This document shows, piece after piece, positions 24,250-37,350 of a DNA stretch of 64,000 nt. This DNA comes from Malacoraja senta. Lineage: Eukaryota. Under the pieces are notes generated by a model, which saw nothing but the letters and a program-made list of their open reading frames with translations, ran no database searches and was not told the origin of the DNA. The stretch spans positions 8,620,001 through 8,684,000 of the forward strand of contig CM075991.1 of the NCBI GenBank assembly GCA_038087875.1, in the 5' to 3' direction. Positions within the stretch are counted from its first letter, which is position 1. Each line of letters starts with the position of its first letter. Made by a program: the position numbers and the translations under genes.

Positions 24250-24737
24250 GACTGTACTTCCAACAGAATTGGCTGCAAAGGATGTCCGAAAGTAGTAGCG
24301 GGGTGCTATTAATGCCGCGGTGAGAATCGGTGTCGTTATTTTCCAGTGACTGCCGCTGATGTTTGCAGACACCACACCGTGGCACACACTGCGCCGCGTG
24401 CAAATGCAACGCTCCCCTGCTCCACATAAATGTGCTCACAGCACACAATGTCACACAGCAAAGTTAAATTAATTCAGTGCATGGAACAAAATGTTCTGTC
24501 ATTCTTACATAATCAATAGTGGGAAATAAAAAAAACAGGGAGAAAACAAACAACAAACATGCAGTGCAGGTCTGTAACAAGTTGGTGACATTCTGTAAAA
24601 AAGCACAGTGGTTATTTAATATAAGGATGAGTACTTGTATTGTTTATGCCACCCTGTGTCAGCTCATTAAAACTTCGAAAGGAATTCTTTCATTACTTTA
24701 CAGGAACTCAGCATTGTCCAGTAGGAATTTAAATGTT

Positions 24738-25050
24738 TGTTTAGTTTAGAGATACAGCACGGAAACAGGCCCTTCGGCCCACTGTCCGCACCGACCAACG
24801 ATCCCCGCACACTAACACTATCCTACACAGACCAGGGATGACTTACATTTATACCAAAGCCAATTAACCTACAAACCTGTACGTCTTTGGAGTGGGGGAG
24901 GAAACCGAAGATCTCGGAGAAACCCACGCAGGTCACGGGGAGAACGTACAAACTCCGTACAGACAGCACCCATAGTCAGAATCGAAGCAAGGTCTATGGC
25001 GCTCAAAGCACTATGAGGCTGCAACTCTACCGCTGTGGCATCGTGCCGCC
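24738..25050 (-). mobile_element. HE1-type V-SINE, full length
   Basis: Head GGGCGGCACG.., V-domain and tail. Confidence 0.85.
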
Positions 25051-25904
25051 CTTTAATCTCAAACTCTCGGACAAAACTTGTGGATCTCAGTCTGAAGAAG
25101 GGTCTCGTCTCGAAACGTCACCTATTCCTTTACTCCAGAGAGGCTGCCTGACCCGCTGAGTTACCCCAACATTTTGTGTCTATCTTTGGTGGATGTATCA
25201 ATCTCGCCTTTTGCCTTGTGTGGCATCTGTCTCGGACCTTCACGGTTGTGGGATGCGATTGACACATGCCTCCAAGCAAGACTAACACAATGTTTAAGAA
25301 ACAGTTAGACAGGTACATGGATAGGACAGGTTTAGAGGGATATGGGCCAAGCGCAGGCAGGTGGGACTAGTGTAGATGGGACATGTTGGCCGGTGTGGGC
25401 AAGTTGGGCCAGAGGGCCTGTTGCTCTATGACTCTGAGACTCTATGACTGCCTTGATGTGTCGTGCTCCTATTTGACATGGTGTGATGGGAGCTTTAAGT
25501 CCTTTCCCTGGGATTGCAGTACAGGTCCACCACCGATTTTCCAGCAACTGATGGTCCGGAGCCTCCTATAATCCGGACAAGATTACGAGAGCATTGCATG
25601 TGGCGCATGCTCTGCAGGACATGTGCCTCCATCATGAAAAAGTCAGTTGTTTACTTCTTTGAGTGATTCAGAGTGGAAACAGGCCCTTCGGCCCAACTGG
25701 CCCACACCGACCAACACGTCCCATCTATACTAGTCCTAGTCCCATCTGCCAACGTTTGGCCTATATCCCTCCAAATCTGTCCTATTCATGTACCTGTTTA
25801 AACATTTCCTAAATGTTGCGAAAGTATTTCTTAAATGTTGCGGTAGTAATGTACATTTAAAAAAAAATTCTGTATTTAAGTTTCTAGCAGACCATGATGC
25901 CTAA

Positions 25905-26286
25905 AGGGCCCGTCCCACTTTCCCGAGTTATTCACGAATTCTCCCGAGTTTTTCACGAATTCTCCCGAGTTTTCAAACTCGCAGAAGGTTCGTAACGAAT
26001 CCGTAGGAGGCCGTAGGAGGCCGTGGATATATCGTAGCGGCTCGTTATGCCAGCCGTAGGTACTCGTGGCTATTTTTTTACTCGTGGACATTTTTCATCC
26101 GGCTGGAAAAAACGTCCCGGCTTACCTGATGCCCCGAGTACCTACGGCTGACATAACGAGCCGCTACGATATATCTACCGACTCCTACGGACTTGTTACG
26201 AACATTCTGCGAGTTTCAAAACACGGGAGAATTCGTGAATAACTCAGGAGGATTCGTGAATAACTCGGGAAAGTGGGACAGGCCCT
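25905..26286. mobile_element. PIF/Harbinger-type MITE
   Basis: TIR AGGGCCCGTCCCACTTTCCCGAGTTATTCACGAAT / ATTCGTGAATAACTCGGGAAAGTGGGACAGGCCCT. Confidence 0.82.
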
Positions 26287-28556
26287 GTAGATACATGGGA
26301 AGGGTATAATTAGGGGTCGGAGTGGGGGAGAGGGAGTGAGTGAAGGAGAGAGGGGGAGAGGGTGGGAGGAGGGAGAGAGGGGGAGAGAGGAAGAGAGGGA
26401 GAGAGGGAGGGAGAGAGGGAGGAAGAGGTGACAAAAAAGTGGAGAAATAAAAGAGGAAGAGAAAACCAAAGAGGTAAAAAGGGAAATATGGAGAGATTTA
26501 TGAAGGGAATTACGGAATTTAGGACCCAGGCATCTGAAGAACTCTCTACGCGTAGTTTAGTGATTAAATCAGGGTTGTGTAAGAATTTTAGGATTATAGC
26601 AGTCATGGGAACACTTGAGATGATAACAAATGGATCCAAAGAAGGATTCAAAGAGAACGTTGAGAAAGACATAGGTTTAAGGTGAGGGAGGAAAGATTTA
26701 ATAACTCAAGGAGTAACCTCTTCACACAAAGAGTGGTGGGTGTATGGAAAGAGCTGCCAGAGGAGGTCGTTGAGGCAGATACGATTGCAACATTTAAGAA
26801 ACATTTCGACAGGTTTGTGGATAGGACAGGTTTAGAGGGATATGGGCGAAGCACGGACAGGTGGGACTAGTGTAGATGGGACATGTTGGTCGGTGTGGCA
26901 AGTTAGGCCATAGGGCCTACTTCCACGCTGTATGACCCTATGTCTCTATCATCCTTGCCAAAGTCTTTAGTTTGAACAAGTGATTAGATTGAGTTTAATT
27001 TATTGTCACGTGTACCGAGGTTGAGTGAAAAGCTTTTGTTGTGTGCTAACCAGTCAGCGGAAAGAGCATACACGATGACAAACAATTATAAACAATATAG
27101 GGTGGTGAGTATCGATCTCTGGAGACTTGAGGCAGCAAATACATTGGAAATAACAAAGCTGTTATAGGCTGTACTCTGGAGTACAGGCATCCTGTACATG
27201 TAAAGCATTTTAGTGGAATGACTACATTGAGGATAATGGTGGAAGCAACAAACACACAGAAAATTGAAAAGTGCAAAAACAAGCATTTCCAGGAAAATAA
27301 AGGTTCCTATTAAGACCACATGATTCGGGTGCCACTGGGAAATCAGGAACCGCGGTTGAATTCTTGATGGGAATCAATTTGTAAACCTCAATCTGAGGAT
27401 GTCCCACTGCGCTGTACGGCTGATGAGGTCATTTTATAGCAGGTACTTGTGGTCTTTTGGAGTCCGTGGCAGGCAATTAGTACGCAGCAGGATCCCACAA
27501 ACCCCATAAGTGTGAGGGCAGCAATGTGGTGCAGCGGTAGAGTTGCTGCCTTACAGCGTTCGATCCTGTCCACTGTGCCTTCTGTTGTTTAGAAGGCACA
27601 AAATTGTTGGTCCCAATCCCTTCAAGGCAAGGCAGATACTGGTTTACAAAAGAGGACACAAAGTGTTGGAGTAACTCAGTAGGTCAGACTAAAGATCGTC
27701 TTACCGCTGAAGATAGGCAGAAAATGCTGGAGTAACTCAGTGGGTTAGGGAGCATCTCTGGAGAAAAATAAATAGGTCAACACAAAATGCCGGAGTAACT
27801 CAACGGGACAGGCAGCATCTCTGGAGAGAAATAATGGGTGATGTTTCGGGTCGAGACCCTTCTTCAGCCCGAAACGTCACCCATTCCTTCTCTCCAGAGA
27901 CGCCGCCTGTCCCGCTGAGTTACTCCAGCATTTTGTGTCTACCTTCGATTTAACCCAGCATCTGCAGTTCTTTCCTACACAGCTATTCTTCTAATGTTAT
28001 GTTCTTACATGTTGGGGATACAAATGGAGGCTGCAAAAGTAACACGAAAAGGAATAGGGTGACGTTTCCGGTCGAGACCCTTCTTCAGACTGAGCTGAGT
28101 TATTCCAGCACTTAGTACCCATCCTCCATGAACATTTGTTGATACAATGCCAGTGTTGTGAATGGATTACTGGTTGTGAGTAATTAACATGGCTTTACTG
28201 CCAATTAGGAGAGGTTCAATTAAAGTGAGATCTTTACAAGTCATTGTTATAACAATATTTACAGATTACCCCAACGCTAATTGTGTGTCAGGAGTTGTGA
28301 AGCCTCGCGTCTGAAAGGCTGTCCATATCCTTTCCATTTCGGAAGGAATTAGTGTCAATGAAACCCAACCAAAGGAAAAAAAACAACTCAAGTATTGTCA
28401 TCAGTTGGCTCATTCAATCAAGCCTAGTTTATCCAGTCTAGACATCGATTAACGTCTTCTGCACAAACCTTTAAACAGATGTGTTTATATTATATAATTG
28501 TTAGTCATCTTCAACTGGTACTTGGAAGGGGACAAATATGTTTATAAGTCCATAGA

Positions 28557-28825
28557 TTTAGTTTGGTTTAGAGATACAGCACAGAAACAGGCCCTTCGGC
28601 CCATCGAGTCCAGCGATCCCCACACATTAACACCATCCTACACACACTAGAGACAATTTACATTTTTACCAAGCCAATTAACCTACCAACCTGGTCGTCT
28701 TTGGAGTGTGGGAGAGAAGCCACAAAGGTCACGGGGTGTACGTACAGACTCCATGCAGACAGCACCCATAGTTAGGATCGAATCAGGGACTCTGGCGCTG
28801 TAAGGCAGTAGTTCTACTGCTGCTC
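28557..28825 (-). mobile_element. HE1-type V-SINE
   Basis: Same consensus on the minus strand. Confidence 0.78.
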
Positions 28826-29321
28826 CAACGTGCTGCTCTAGTCCACGTGATAAGAACAGAAATAGGCCATTCGACACATCAAGTCCACTCAGCCATTCAA
28901 ACATGTTTTCAAAACTAATGTTTTCAATGCTTCCAAATCTGATTTTGTATGAGATTTTTTCTTTCATTTTCCAATGAAAATATTGGTACGGTCCTCTCAG
29001 CAGCTGTTTTTTTTATCATCTATATCAACTTAAAAATGCTATTAATCTGAGCTTTTCACTTTAACGAGGGGCGGGAGCTTGGAAATATTCACTGCTTATT
29101 TCAGAAAAGCAAGTGCCAGATGCTCAAAGTGTCTGCTAAGAGAACGGATTTAGAGACTTTTGGAAATGGAGCACTAATGCCAGTTAATGAAGCAGGTACT
29201 TGAGTTGAGAGTCCTCGTTTCTCCTTATACTAGGTTCAGGCACAGTGAGACTTTTCCTACATAAACCCAACCCTTTTCAAGAGACCAATTCCAGAACTAC
29301 CCTTCAACACGGGTTAATCAG

Positions 29322-29850
29322 TTAATCTGAGGAAGGATGTGCTGGCTCTGGAGAAGGGCCACAGGAGGTTTCCAAGCATGATCCCAGGAATGAGTGGGTT
29401 AACATATGATGAGCCTTTAATGGCACTGGGCCTGCACTCACTCGAGTTTAGAAGGATGAGAGGGGACCTCATTACAATTTACAGAAATAGTGAAAGGCTT
29501 GGATAGAGTGAATGTGGAGATGATGTTTCCACTAGTGGGAGAGTCACAGTCTAGGACCAGAGGCTATAGCCTCGGAATAAAAGGACGTACTTTTAGAAAG
29601 GAGATAAGGAGGAATTTCTTAAGTCAGACGGTGGTGAATCGGTGGAATTCTTTGCCACTGAAGGCTGTGGAGGCCGTCAATTGATATTTTAAAACCTGAA
29701 ATATTTAGGTTTGAGATTAGTACGGGTGTCAAGGGTTAGTGGGGAGAAGACAGGAGAATGGGGTTAGGAGGTAGAGATAGATCAACCATGATTGAATGGT
29801 GGAGTAGACTTGATGGGCCGAATGGCCTACTTCTGCTCATATCACCTATG
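29322..29850 (+). mobile_element. CR1 LINE 3' fragment, decayed
   Basis: KGLDRV..MFPLVGES..WNSLP. Confidence 0.85.
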
Positions 29851-30997
29851 AGCATATGGTTAGCACTGCTTTATATAATTGCACATCAAGTACCCTTTAA
29901 TAAAAACTTTTCAGGGGATCCATTCCACATTCTACCCTTTCCCCCAAAAGTACAATTCCTATTCACATCAGAAATCCAGAAATCAAAAGGATACATCAGC
30001 CATGATTGAATGATGGAGTAGACTTGATGGGCTTTTACAGATCAGAGTCAGCCTATTTCTCAGTGTCATATATAGAAGATAGTCACAAAATGCTGGAGTA
30101 ACTCAGCAGGTCAGGCAGCACCTCTGGACAAAAGGTGATGTTTTGGGTCCAGACCCTCTGTGACCCATTTGGCCCACTCTATCTTTGCTGGAACAACTAA
30201 TCTCAATCGCCTGACTCTTTCCAATCAGCCTTACCTCTCCTCATTTTTGAAGTTGGTTTCAAAGCGTCAAAGAGTGTAACTTACAACTGCGAAGCAGTTC
30301 CTCTTTGAGAGTAAATCAGTCACGTTAAGTAGGCTTTAATACCATCCTGAGGAAATGGTTTATACCGAAGATAGACACTAAATGCTGGAGTAACTCAACG
30401 GGTCAGGCTGCATCTCTAGAGAAGAGGAATAGGTGACATTTCGGATCGGAACCCTTCTAAACCGTAAAACACTTATCTGTAAAAAGCAGTTGGAATTTAG
30501 AATCATCGTCCTAAAAGTAGGATTTAAGACTTTTTCTGACGTGAATAGGAATTGTAGTTTTGGGGAAAGGGTAGAATCTGGAATGGACCCCCTGAGTTAC
30601 TCCAGCATTTTGTGTCTGTCTTTGGAATGTTTCAGGATGGTGGAAAGGGAATTGGCAAACATGAAGCTACAGTTGTGCTGCTCCAGTGGGTGCGGCTGGT
30701 GTTGGAGCCAGGCCGCGCCCAGGGCAATGATAACTTGTAATAAAGGAGACCTGGCAATAAATAACGGCCATGCTGTGTAAAGTCCTGTCCTCCCTGTGCT
30801 GCCGACAATGCCACTGGTAATTATTCCACTGAGAGCGCCCAAACTGAGCTGACAAAGCCGTTTGGCATCCACCCCACTGCAGTTCCTGTCTGTGAAGATT
30901 GGAGTCTGCATCAAACAGATGAAGGGAACCAGACACTTCAGCTTGCACAATCATAAGAATCATTTATATAATACAAGACATTTCTTTCACAATCTCC

Positions 30998-31043
<46 letters not shown>

Positions 31044-31347
31044 ATACATATGCATATATATATTATAGTAAGAAAGAACTTCTTCTTCCTCATGTCCGGC
31101 CATCTTCCATATCACGTCTTTCCGGTCGGTCAGTGACGGTCGGTGGCTGCAGAATTGGCTACTTCAGTCAGTCACTGTGGTTCAGTTTCTGTCGTCAGCA
31201 TTGCCCGGGATGCGCCACGTGGAGGCTTCTGCTTGCATCCCAAGAAAGAACTGCAGATGCTGGTATAAATCGAAGATAGACGCAAAATGCTGGAGTAACT
31301 CAGCGGGACAGGCAGCATCTCTGGAGAGAAGGAATGGGTGACGTTTC

Positions 31348-31786
31348 GGGTAGAGTTGCTGCCTTACAGCGAATGCAGCGCCAGAGACCCGGGTTCCATC
31401 CTGACTACGGGTGCCGTCCGTACGGAGTTTGTACGTTCTCCCCGTGACCTGCGTGGGTTTTCTCCGAGATCTTCGGTTTCCTCCCGCACTCCAAAAACGT
31501 ACAGGTTTGTAGGTCCACAAAAGTGCTGGAGAAACTCAGCGGGTGCAGCAGCATCTATGGAGCAAAGGAAATAGGCAACGTTTCGGGCCGAAACCCTTCT
31601 TCACACATTTTCCAGCATCTGCAGTTCCTTCTTTAACAGGTTTGTAGGTCAATTGGTTTGGTAAAAATGTAAAAGTTGTCCCGAGTGGATGTGGGATAGT
31701 GTTGGTGTGCGGGGATCGCTGGTCGACGCGGACCCGGTGGGACGAAGGGCCTGTTTCCGCGCTGCATCTCTAAACTAAACTAAACT
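31348..31786 (+). mobile_element. HE1-type V-SINE with a nested pLTR insertion (31516-31635)
   Basis: SINE split by the 15-bp TSD ACAGGTTTGTAGGTC (31501-31515 / 31636-31650). Confidence 0.85.
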
Positions 31787-32283
31787 TCAGGTTGTGAATC
31801 CACGCTGAAAACCAATCCCTACAACATTCCAGAACAAGTACAGGGTGCTACGAGAGCTGAAGAACACGGGCATGCTTACTTTGACATCTGATGGGGGTTT
31901 TTTTCTGAAGGAGTGTCGTCAGGCACTTTTGCTATTAATCAGAATTCTCAATCAGCATAATGAGCAGAAGACACAATGTCACTTTTACAAATTTCCTTGC
32001 GCTCAATCACTGTCGCAGTGGATGAATGTCTTCCTGTATGATTTTAATACAGAACAGGGTTGTCATCGACAATAACAAGCAATGATAGGTCCAGCTGTTC
32101 CTTCAATCAGCTGGCTAAAGTTGCATTGTGTTGCCATTATGCTGAGGGAGTATGAGGATCTTAGTCCCAAATAAACGCGTTGGCCTGGCTACATATTCTC
32201 CCCGAAGATAGACACAAAAAGCTGGAGTAACTCAGCGGGGTAGGCAGCATCTCTCGAGAGAAGGAATGGGTGCCGTTTCGGGT

Positions 32284-32917
32284 CAAGTCAAGTCAAGTCA
32301 AGTGAGTTTATTGTCATGTGTCCCTGGTAGGACAATGAAATTCTTGCTTTGCTTGAGCACAACAGAACATAGTAGGCATTTACTACAAGGCATTCTATAA
32401 ATATATACACAATGGTCAATATACTGATAAAGTGCAAATAACAGTATTGGCTAGTAAAGTTCAGTGTTATGTCCGAGCCAGGTTTAATAGCCTGATGGCT
32501 GTGGGGAAGTAGCTGTTCCTGAACCTGGTCGTTGCAGTCTTCAGGCTCCTGTACCTTCTACCTGAAGGTAGTAGGGAGATGAGTGTGTGGCCAGGATGGT
32601 GTGGGTCCTTGATGATGCTGCCAGCCTTTTTGAGGCAGCGACTGTGGTAGATCCCCTCGATGGAAGGGAGGTCAGAGCCGATGATGGACTGGGCAGTGTT
32701 TACTACTTTTTGTAGTCTTTTCCTCTCCAGGGCACTCAAGTTGCCGAACCAAGCCACGATGCAACCGGTCAGCATGCTCTCTACTGTGCACCTGTAGAAG
32801 TTAGAGAGAGTCCTCCTTGACAAACCGACTCTCCGTAATCTTCTCAGGAAGTAGAGGCGCTGATGTGCTTTCTTAATAATGGCATCATTGTTCTCGGACC
32901 AGGAAAGATCTTCAGAG
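32284..32917 (-). mobile_element. Rex1/Babar LINE 3' fragment inserted in a pLTR
   Basis: ORF 32467-32823 FYRCTVES..DPHHPGH..LPSGRRYRS; (CTTGA)n tail; pLTR TTTCGGGTC|GAGGCCCTTCTTCAG resumes. Related tails at 38655-38951, 42215-42570, 44580-44893, 45407-46070 and 51030-51345. Confidence 0.87.
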
Positions 32918-33308
32918 GTCGAGGCCCTTCTTCAGTTCTGTAGTTCTGGTGTGAATTTACCATGTCCAGAGGAGCCCAACCGAGAGAAGAGGAGATATTT
33001 TCAACAGAAGCAAATGTGTTGCAGGTGCATTTTCAGATGCACACTGGCACTGGTGCTAAACAGTGATAGTTGAACTTTTCATTGCATCTTTACGAAGGAT
33101 TTGACCGCACACATCCGATAAATCCACCAGGATTTACACTTCTTTATCTCCTCGTAAGTGTCAGGAACAACACCACTGGGTGAGTGATTATTTTTCGGAT
33201 AGGTATTAAAGGTATACACACACCCACATACACCCACACATGTACACACACATACATACATACATACGTACACACACACACACACACACATATGTATACA
33301 CACACACA

Positions 33309-34110
33309 CTTAGACTTAGACTTAGATTCCTTTATTGTCATTCAGACCTTTTGGTCTGAACGAAATTCCGTTGCCTGCAGTCATACATATAATAAATAAC
33401 AAAACACACAATAAACACAAATTAACATCCACCACAGTGAGTACACAGTGAGTTCACCAGTCTCTGTCTCTTCCCTCTTTGTTCTCCCTCAGCGCTGAGG
33501 CGATCCAGGCTTCTGACGTTGTGACCCCGCCGAGTGATGGTAAGTCAGTCCCGCGGCTGAATCCGAGCTCCGTCCGCGACGGGCCGGTTCAAACTCCGCG
33601 GCCCGGGGTGGCCGAAGCTGCCGAAGCTGCCGCCCTCTAGTCCAGCGGACGCAGCTGGAGTTGCGGGAGCCCCAGAAAAACAGGTCACCCACCTGTGACC
33701 TGCGAGCTCCCGACGATGTCGTCCACCGGGCCCGCGGCCGAGCCTCCGGATTCAGGTCGCCACCAGCGTCCTCGGTCGCCACCGCCGGAACGCCACCGCA
33801 GCCCCGAAGTTGGCCAGCCTCGCGCTGGTAAGTCCTGGCTCTGCCTCCGGAGCCTCGAGGTCGGTCGGTCGCAGTTGGAGTTGGAGGCCGGCAGCTCCGC
33901 CATTTTGGCCTCAGCGCAGACGGAGGCAGAGAAGGGGGATACGACAAGAAAAAGTCGCATTCCCCCCGAAGGAAGAGACAAAAATCATGTTTCACCCACC
34001 CCCACCCCACCCCACACTTACACAACCCAATAAACTAAAATTTAACTATACAGGACAAAAGAAAACAAAAAAAAAGTAAAAACAGACGGACTGCAGGCGA
34101 GCCGCCACTT
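33309..34110 (-). mobile_element. Non-coding GC-rich non-autonomous retroelement with Rex-type tail
   Basis: 5' GGCGGCTCGCCTGCAGTCCGTCTGT; 3' hairpin CAGACC-AAAA-GGTCTG, AATGACAATAAA and (TCTAAG)n; inserted in a (CA)n tract. Confidence 0.62.
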
Positions 34111-35002
34111 CCGGATTGTCACACACATATATATATACACACACACTCGCACACTCACACACAGTCGCACACACACTCGCACGCACACACTATCACACAC
34201 TCTTGCACACTCATGCACACACTTGCACACGCACACACTCACATACACTCGCACACACATAATTTCGTCAACACTGTTTCACCATGTCTCTCCCTGAATT
34301 TCCGTTAACCTTTACGCGAGTCAGATTTTACATAAGTCAGAATCACCTAATGCCAACTCTTTTTGCCCATCTACAATAGTCCCATTGGTTTGCCTGAAGG
34401 CGGAATGTGGCTTGCCTATTTAAGTGTCTGTCTAAATGCCTCTTAAAAGTAGCAAACGTATCTGATTTCACCACCACTTCTGGCCGTGTGTTCTGGATAC
34501 CAATAACAATTCTAGATCCAAAATAAATAATTCAATTTTTAGAAGCTTTCAACTTGCAGGGATTGTAGATACTGTTGATCTCATATGAATCCACAGTCGA
34601 GCACTGTATTTTTTTCCTCCCAAGCACAACACAATTGTTGACGTTCTACCCATCCAAGCAGAAATGGATTCAGATGTCGGTAGTCAGTGTACAATTTTCT
34701 ACCTTACAACTGATGAATGATGACTTTTCATTCACGGCTGAAGAAACAGGTGAGGCAAGCAGCAAGATGATCTCTGGACAGAGTCCACTGTGCAGCTCAC
34801 GGAGGCTAGTCCAATCCAAATAAATGTTTGCGTGAGGATAAACCACCTCTACAACAATATGCAGTATTTGTCGACTGATCAAGGATGTCTACAGAGGGGG
34901 CTAAAGTCATCCCCAATATCCTTAGGGGTCATGAAGAAGGGCCCTGACCCAAAACATCACCTATTCCTTTTCTCCAGAGATGTTGCCCGACCCGCTGAGT
35001 TA

Positions 35003-35471
35003 AGGACCTGTCCCACGTTCACCACCTAATTCACGACCTCTGCTGAGTTTGCCCTTGACTCATACTCGCAGCATGGTCGTCACGAGGTCGTAGGAGGACG
35101 TGACGACACAGAGAGTGGTGAATCTGTGGAATTCTCTGCCACAGAAGGTAGTTGAGGCCAGTTTATTGGCTATATTTAAGAGGGAGTTAGATGTGGCCCT
35201 TGTGGCTAAAGGGATCAGGGGGTATGGAGAGAAGGCAGGTACAGGATTCTGAGTCGGATGATCAGCCATGATCATATTGAATGGCGGTGCAGGCTCGAAG
35301 GGCCGAATGGCCTACTCCTGCACCTATTTTAGATGTTTCTATGTAGGTAGGTCGTAGCATAGTCGTAGGTACTCGTGGCATCAAGTAGGTCGGGGCGTTT
35401 TTCTAGCATGATGAAAAATGTCCATGAGTAAAAAAGGTCGTGAATTAGGTGATGAAAGTGGGACAGGCCCT
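35003..35471. mobile_element. PIF/Harbinger-type MITE with a nested CR1 tail (about 35107-35343)
   Basis: TTA TSD (35000-35002 / 35472-35474) within the pLTR sequence GCTGAGTTACTC. Confidence 0.85.
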
Positions 35472-36393
35472 TTACTCAGCTTTATGTGTCCACCCTGAGG
35501 AGGAGATGGATCAAACATATCGGCAATCTATATATGGAAATAAATGGTTAGTTTAGAGTTACCGCGTGCACACGTTCCCTTTGGTCCCCCGAGTCCGCGC
35601 CGACCTGTGATCCCTGTACACTGTCACTACCCTACTAGCTAGGGATAATTTCCAATTTTACCAAGGCCAAATAACCCACAAATCTGTATGTCTTTGGAGT
35701 GTGGGAGGAAACCTGGTGCACCCGGAGAAAACCCACTGGGTCCGGGGAGAACATACAAACTCCGTACAGGATTGAACCCGGGTCTCTGGCGCTGTCTGGC
35801 AGCAACTCTACTGCTGTTCCATCGTGCCATCGCCCAATGATAGATTTTGACAATCTTGATCATCTCAACATCTGCAATCCGTCAACACTGTCAAACAAGA
35901 CCACCAAAAAGATAGCTTCACAAAACAAGGAGGCGGCTGATCTGATCAGAGAGTTTGTGCTGATCTTCGTCAAAGGGTCAATGACCTTCTTCTGGTCCTT
36001 ATTGATACACATTGTAAATGGATTGAAGTTCGACAGGAAGGATCATGCAATTCAACTGAATGCACAATTGAGGGGCCACAAACAATCTTCCCATCTCTTG
36101 TTCTACCTTAACAATTGACGTCAGATAATGAACCACAATTGAATCCATTCATTTAAATGCTTGATCAGAAGGAATGTAATTAAACATACATAAACTCCCC
36201 AACATTATTTACTTCTAACGATGTAGCAGAAAGGTCTTAGGTATACAAAAATGCTGGAGAAACTCAGCGGGTGCAGCAGCATCTATGGAGCGAAGGAAAT
36301 AGGCAACGTTTCGGGCCAAAACCCTTCTTCAGACCTATTTCCTTCGCTCCATAGATGCTGCCACACCCGCTGAGTTTCTCCAGCACTTTTGTC

Positions 36394-36788
36394 CAAAGAT
36401 CCTATAGCGGAGCAAGATAGACCACTCCTGCTAAATGCAATGGGCTGACGTGTAGTACGCAACGGAGCGGAACATGGGCCTTTTTTTCATCCATTTCCGT
36501 AACCCGAACCGACCCGACTCACAGTGTAATCAACGTTGCGGGGGAACAGTTTGTGTTAATAAATTTAGATTCTGAAAATGAGGAGAAGATTTTGACCAAA
36601 TAACTTTTATTTTTACGAGGATGTTTCCGTAACCGGCTTCCGTCTCCGCACTAGTATCCTATGGGATCTTTGGTGCGGAGACGGAAGCCGGTTACGGAAA
36701 TGGGGCCTTAAATTACCCGTGAATCTGCCCATGACCGTACTACGTCTTTTTCGTCGAGTGGACTATCTTGCTCGCTATAGGATCTTTG
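36394..36788. mobile_element. Non-autonomous DNA transposon (P-like MITE), copy 3
   Basis: TIR CAAAGATCCTATAGCGGAGCAAGATAGACCACTC / GAGTGGACTATCTTGCTCGCTATAGGATCTTTG; TSD CTTTTGTC / CTTTTGTT. Confidence 0.9.
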
Positions 36789-37350
36789 CTTTTGTTGACC
36801 TTCGATTTTCCAGCATCTGCAGTTCCTTCTTAAACTCTTTAGCAGAAAGGTCTTTATGAATTCTCAAGAAAGCTTTGAAAAGGCAGTTCCAAGGTTGTTT
36901 GAATCTAAACTATGAATCATTTCAGATAACTTTCCAATCAATACCACGTCCCATCATAGTATTCACTCCAGAGGAACTATTGACCCATCACAGTGTGACT
37001 GTGCTTGAGTTTATTAAAGGCCAACTTGGTAAAGGAAATGGAGAGAAAGCAGCCGCAGAAATAATGATCACGATTCATACGTTAAGGAGAAGCAAAGGGA
37101 AGCAGATTAAGCAAGATGAGAAAGTGAGAATATGAGGGCAGCCCTAGAAACAGACACTTTGGACCATTTCATCCATGCTAAGTAACTAAGATATCTATCT
37201 GAGCTAGTCCCATCTGCCTGCATTTTGCCTGTATCCCTATGAAACTTTGCATGTACAGGTATCTGTTTAATGTCTTTAAACATTGTAATTGTACCCATCT
37301 CCACTGCTTCCTCTGCAGCGTGTTCCATGTATGCACCACCCGCTGTGTAA

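Larger units (their letters stand above)
32950..37140 (+). pseudogene. Heavily decayed Gypsy/Ty3 LTR retrotransposon pol fossil, fragmented by nested insertions
   Basis: Collinear remnants: RNase H end LQGL*ILLISYESTVEH..KHNTIVDVL (34551-34650); LSTDQGCL..KVIP (34865-34925); integrase LVLIDTHCKWIEV, LP*QLTSDNEPQ, RNVIKHT*TP..SNDVAER (35990-36235); continuation ILKKALK..TPEELL (36840-36990). Confidence 0.65.

Noticed and set aside
23701..24387. 228-aa ORF as a host-CR1 fusion gene
   Set aside because: A 5'-truncated CR1 read in frame from flanking DNA using a non-ATG start; no splice or expression evidence.
30597..30950. 117-aa hydrophobic ORF in non-repeat DNA
   Set aside because: No recognisable family, no clear donor site, and it ends in a pLTR; the region could be regulatory instead.
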